Below, piece by piece: positions 30,682 through 32,000 of a stretch of DNA of 32,000 nucleotides. The notes under the pieces are model-generated. The model was given only the letters and a program-made list of their open reading frames with translations, was not told the origin of the DNA and ran no database searches. Both the position numbers and the translations under genes were made by a program. The number at the start of each line of letters is the position of its first letter. Within the stretch, counting starts at the first letter, position 1. Origin of the DNA: Candidatus Methanoperedens sp. (GTDB lineage: Archaea > Halobacteriota > Methanosarcinia > Methanosarcinales > Methanoperedenaceae); assembly GCA_027460535.1 (NCBI GenBank), contig JAPZAR010000020.1:30001-62000 (forward strand). Direction: 5' to 3'.

Positions 30682-32000
30682 TCAGAACACTGATACGGAT
30701 TTGATGTTCATGAATTCATAGAGCCCGAATTTAGAAAGCTCCCGTCCAATACCGCTTTTCTTAATCCCTCCAAAAGGCAGGCGTGGATCGGATTTAACAA
30801 GGGAATTTATGACTACAACTCCTGATTCAAGTTCCCTTGACAAATGAATACCTTTATTAGTGTCCTTTGTCCATAAACTTGCACCAAGACCCAGCTCTGA
30901 ATCATTAGCAATCCTTATCGCTTCTGCTTCATCTTTAACTGGAATTACTGGTGCTACCGGGGCAAATGTTTCCTCATTTATAACTTTCATTTCTTTTGTT
31001 ACATCAGTAAGGATAACAGGGGAATAAAAATACCCATTTCCAGGAAGTCTTCCTCCTCCGAGTAACACTTTTGCACCCTTTGATAACGAATCCTTCACCT
31101 GATCCTCAATGATCTGGATCTGTTCTTTTCTTACAAGGGGACCCATGTCAGTATCTGGATTCATTGGATCTCCGACCTTGAGTTTCGAAGCAATTTCCAC
31201 GAACTTTGAGGTGAACTCTTCAGCAATACTTTGTATAACGATGAACCGTTTCGCAGCGATACAGCTCTGACCAGCATCCTGGAACCTGCTCAAAACCGCG
31301 ATCTTTGCAGCCTGTTCAATATCAGCATCTTCAAGTACGATGAAAGGATCACTTCCACCAAGTTCGAGAACGAACTTTTTCATGTTCTGTCCGCAAACTT
31401 CTGCCACCTTTTCTCCTGCAGAAACGCTCCCTGTCAATGATACTGCATCTATCTCTTTTCTCTCGATAAGCGACGATGCTGTTGGCCCATCAATAAGCAG
31501 CGTCTGGAAAACCCCTTCGGGAAATCCAGCATCTGAAAATACTTTTTCAATTTCAAGTGCACATAATGGGACGTAGCTTGAATGTTTAAGAAGAACAACA
31601 TTTCCCCCAGAAAGAGCAGGAGCAGCAAAACGCAGTGCCTGCCAGAAAGGAAAGTTCCATGGCATGATGCACAGTATTGTCCCCCGCGGTTCAAATGAGA
31701 CATACGCTTTCTTCGCGTCCGTTTCCACAATCTGGGGTTCTAAAAATTTCTTTGCATTCTCTGCAAAATACTCAAGAGCCCAGGCACATTTTTCAATCTC
31801 TGGTATTGATTCTCTTATGGGTTTACCCATTTCCGTAGTGATGATTTCGCCAAGTTCCACCTTTCTTCTTCGTAATACTTTTGCGGCGTTAATGAGATGT
31901 TTTCCTCTCTCAGATACGTCAAGCCTTTTCCAGTCCGAAAATGCATCTTTTGATCTCTTAATCGATTCATTTATCCTTTCTTGCGAATAAAACTCAAATT
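30682..32000 (-). CDS. NAD(P)+-dependent aldehyde dehydrogenase (succinate-semialdehyde dehydrogenase-like); 5' end outside the window
   Basis: The frame remains open to nt 32000 (FEFYSQERINESIKRSKDAFSDWKRLDVSERGKHLINAAKVLRRRKVELGEI...). PWNFPFWQ, LELGGSDP (catalytic Glu), GQSCIAAKR (catalytic Cys), EETFAPV and PFGGIKKSGIGRE. Confidence 0.9.
   Translation of the reverse strand, partial: FEFYSQERINESIKRSKDAFSDWKRLDVSERGKHLINAAKVLRRRKVELGEIITTEMGKPIRESIPEIEKCAWALEYFAENAKKFLEPQIVETDAKKAYVSFEPRGTILCIMPWNFPFWQALRFAAPALSGGNVVLLKHSSYVPLCALEIEKVFSDAGFPEGVFQTLLIDGPTASSLIERKEIDAVSLTGSVSAGEKVAEVCGQNMKKFVLELGGSDPFIVLEDADIEQAAKIAVLSRFQDAGQSCIAAKRFIVIQSIAEEFTSKFVEIASKLKVGDPMNPDTDMGPLVRKEQIQIIEDQVKDSLSKGAKVLLGGGRLPGNGYFYSPVILTDVTKEMKVINEETFAPVAPVIPVKDEAEAIRIANDSELGLGASLWTKDTNKGIHLSRELESGVVVINSLVKSDPRLPFGGIKKSGIGRELSKFGLYEFMNIKSVSVF

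Noticed and set aside
1-32000. The window as part of a Borg-like extrachromosomal element of Methanoperedens, or another mobile island
   Set aside because: Genes sit on both strands with many core housekeeping functions (proAB, purE, dph5, trm5, dus, moaB). No integrase, transposase, long tandem repeat arrays or single-strand gene polarity were seen.
1-32000. CRISPR arrays, tRNA or rRNA genes
   Set aside because: Reading both strands, I found no regularly spaced direct repeats with unique spacers and no tRNA- or rRNA-like conserved blocks.

Overview
The window reads as archaeal chromosomal DNA. Supporting markers are diphthine synthase, a Trm5-type tRNA methyltransferase, class-III-signal pilin-like proteins, PGF-CTERM-like tails and AGGTGA Shine-Dalgarno motifs. 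The combination of housekeeping genes with many membrane or exported multiheme c-type cytochromes suggests a Methanosarcinales / ANME-2d (Methanoperedens-like) organism; that is an inference, not a demonstrated assignment. I call about 35 protein genes on both strands. No tRNA, rRNA, CRISPR array or recognisable transposase was found.

Housekeeping genes include trm5, dph5, purE, moaB, proB-proA, a Dus-type tRNA-dihydrouridine synthase, a HemK/Mtq2-like methyltransferase, a tungsten/molybdenum-type aldehyde:ferredoxin oxidoreductase, and an NAD(P) aldehyde dehydrogenase that runs off the 3' end.

The most interesting block is 19.6-25.3 kb, a co-oriented six-gene cluster:
- an exported cytochrome with 5 CXXCH + 1 CX3CH motifs and a PGF-CTERM-like tail
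- a membrane-anchored c3-like cytochrome (3 CXXCH + 1 CX4CH)
- a Tat-exported four-cluster FeS protein
- an NrfD/PsrC-like integral membrane protein
- a paralog of the first cytochrome
- a NapC/NirT-like cytochrome with 12 CXXCH + 1 CX3CH motifs

This looks like a quinol-to-extracellular electron conduit. A three-copy 18-19 bp tandem promoter-like repeat precedes its second half.

Other noteworthy items:
- two GC-rich, hairpin-dense non-coding islands, both in convergent 3'-3' gaps, one of which displaces the stop codon of trm5
- a pair of paralogous type-IV-pilin-like proteins, one very large and dense in N-glycosylation sequons
- an Mrr-type nuclease fused to tandem PH-like domains
- a truncated DUF1786-like gene remnant
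- a rubredoxin-like/flavoprotein fusion preceded by a Cys-rich mini-protein

All functional calls come from reading motifs in the supplied translations by eye. No database search was possible.
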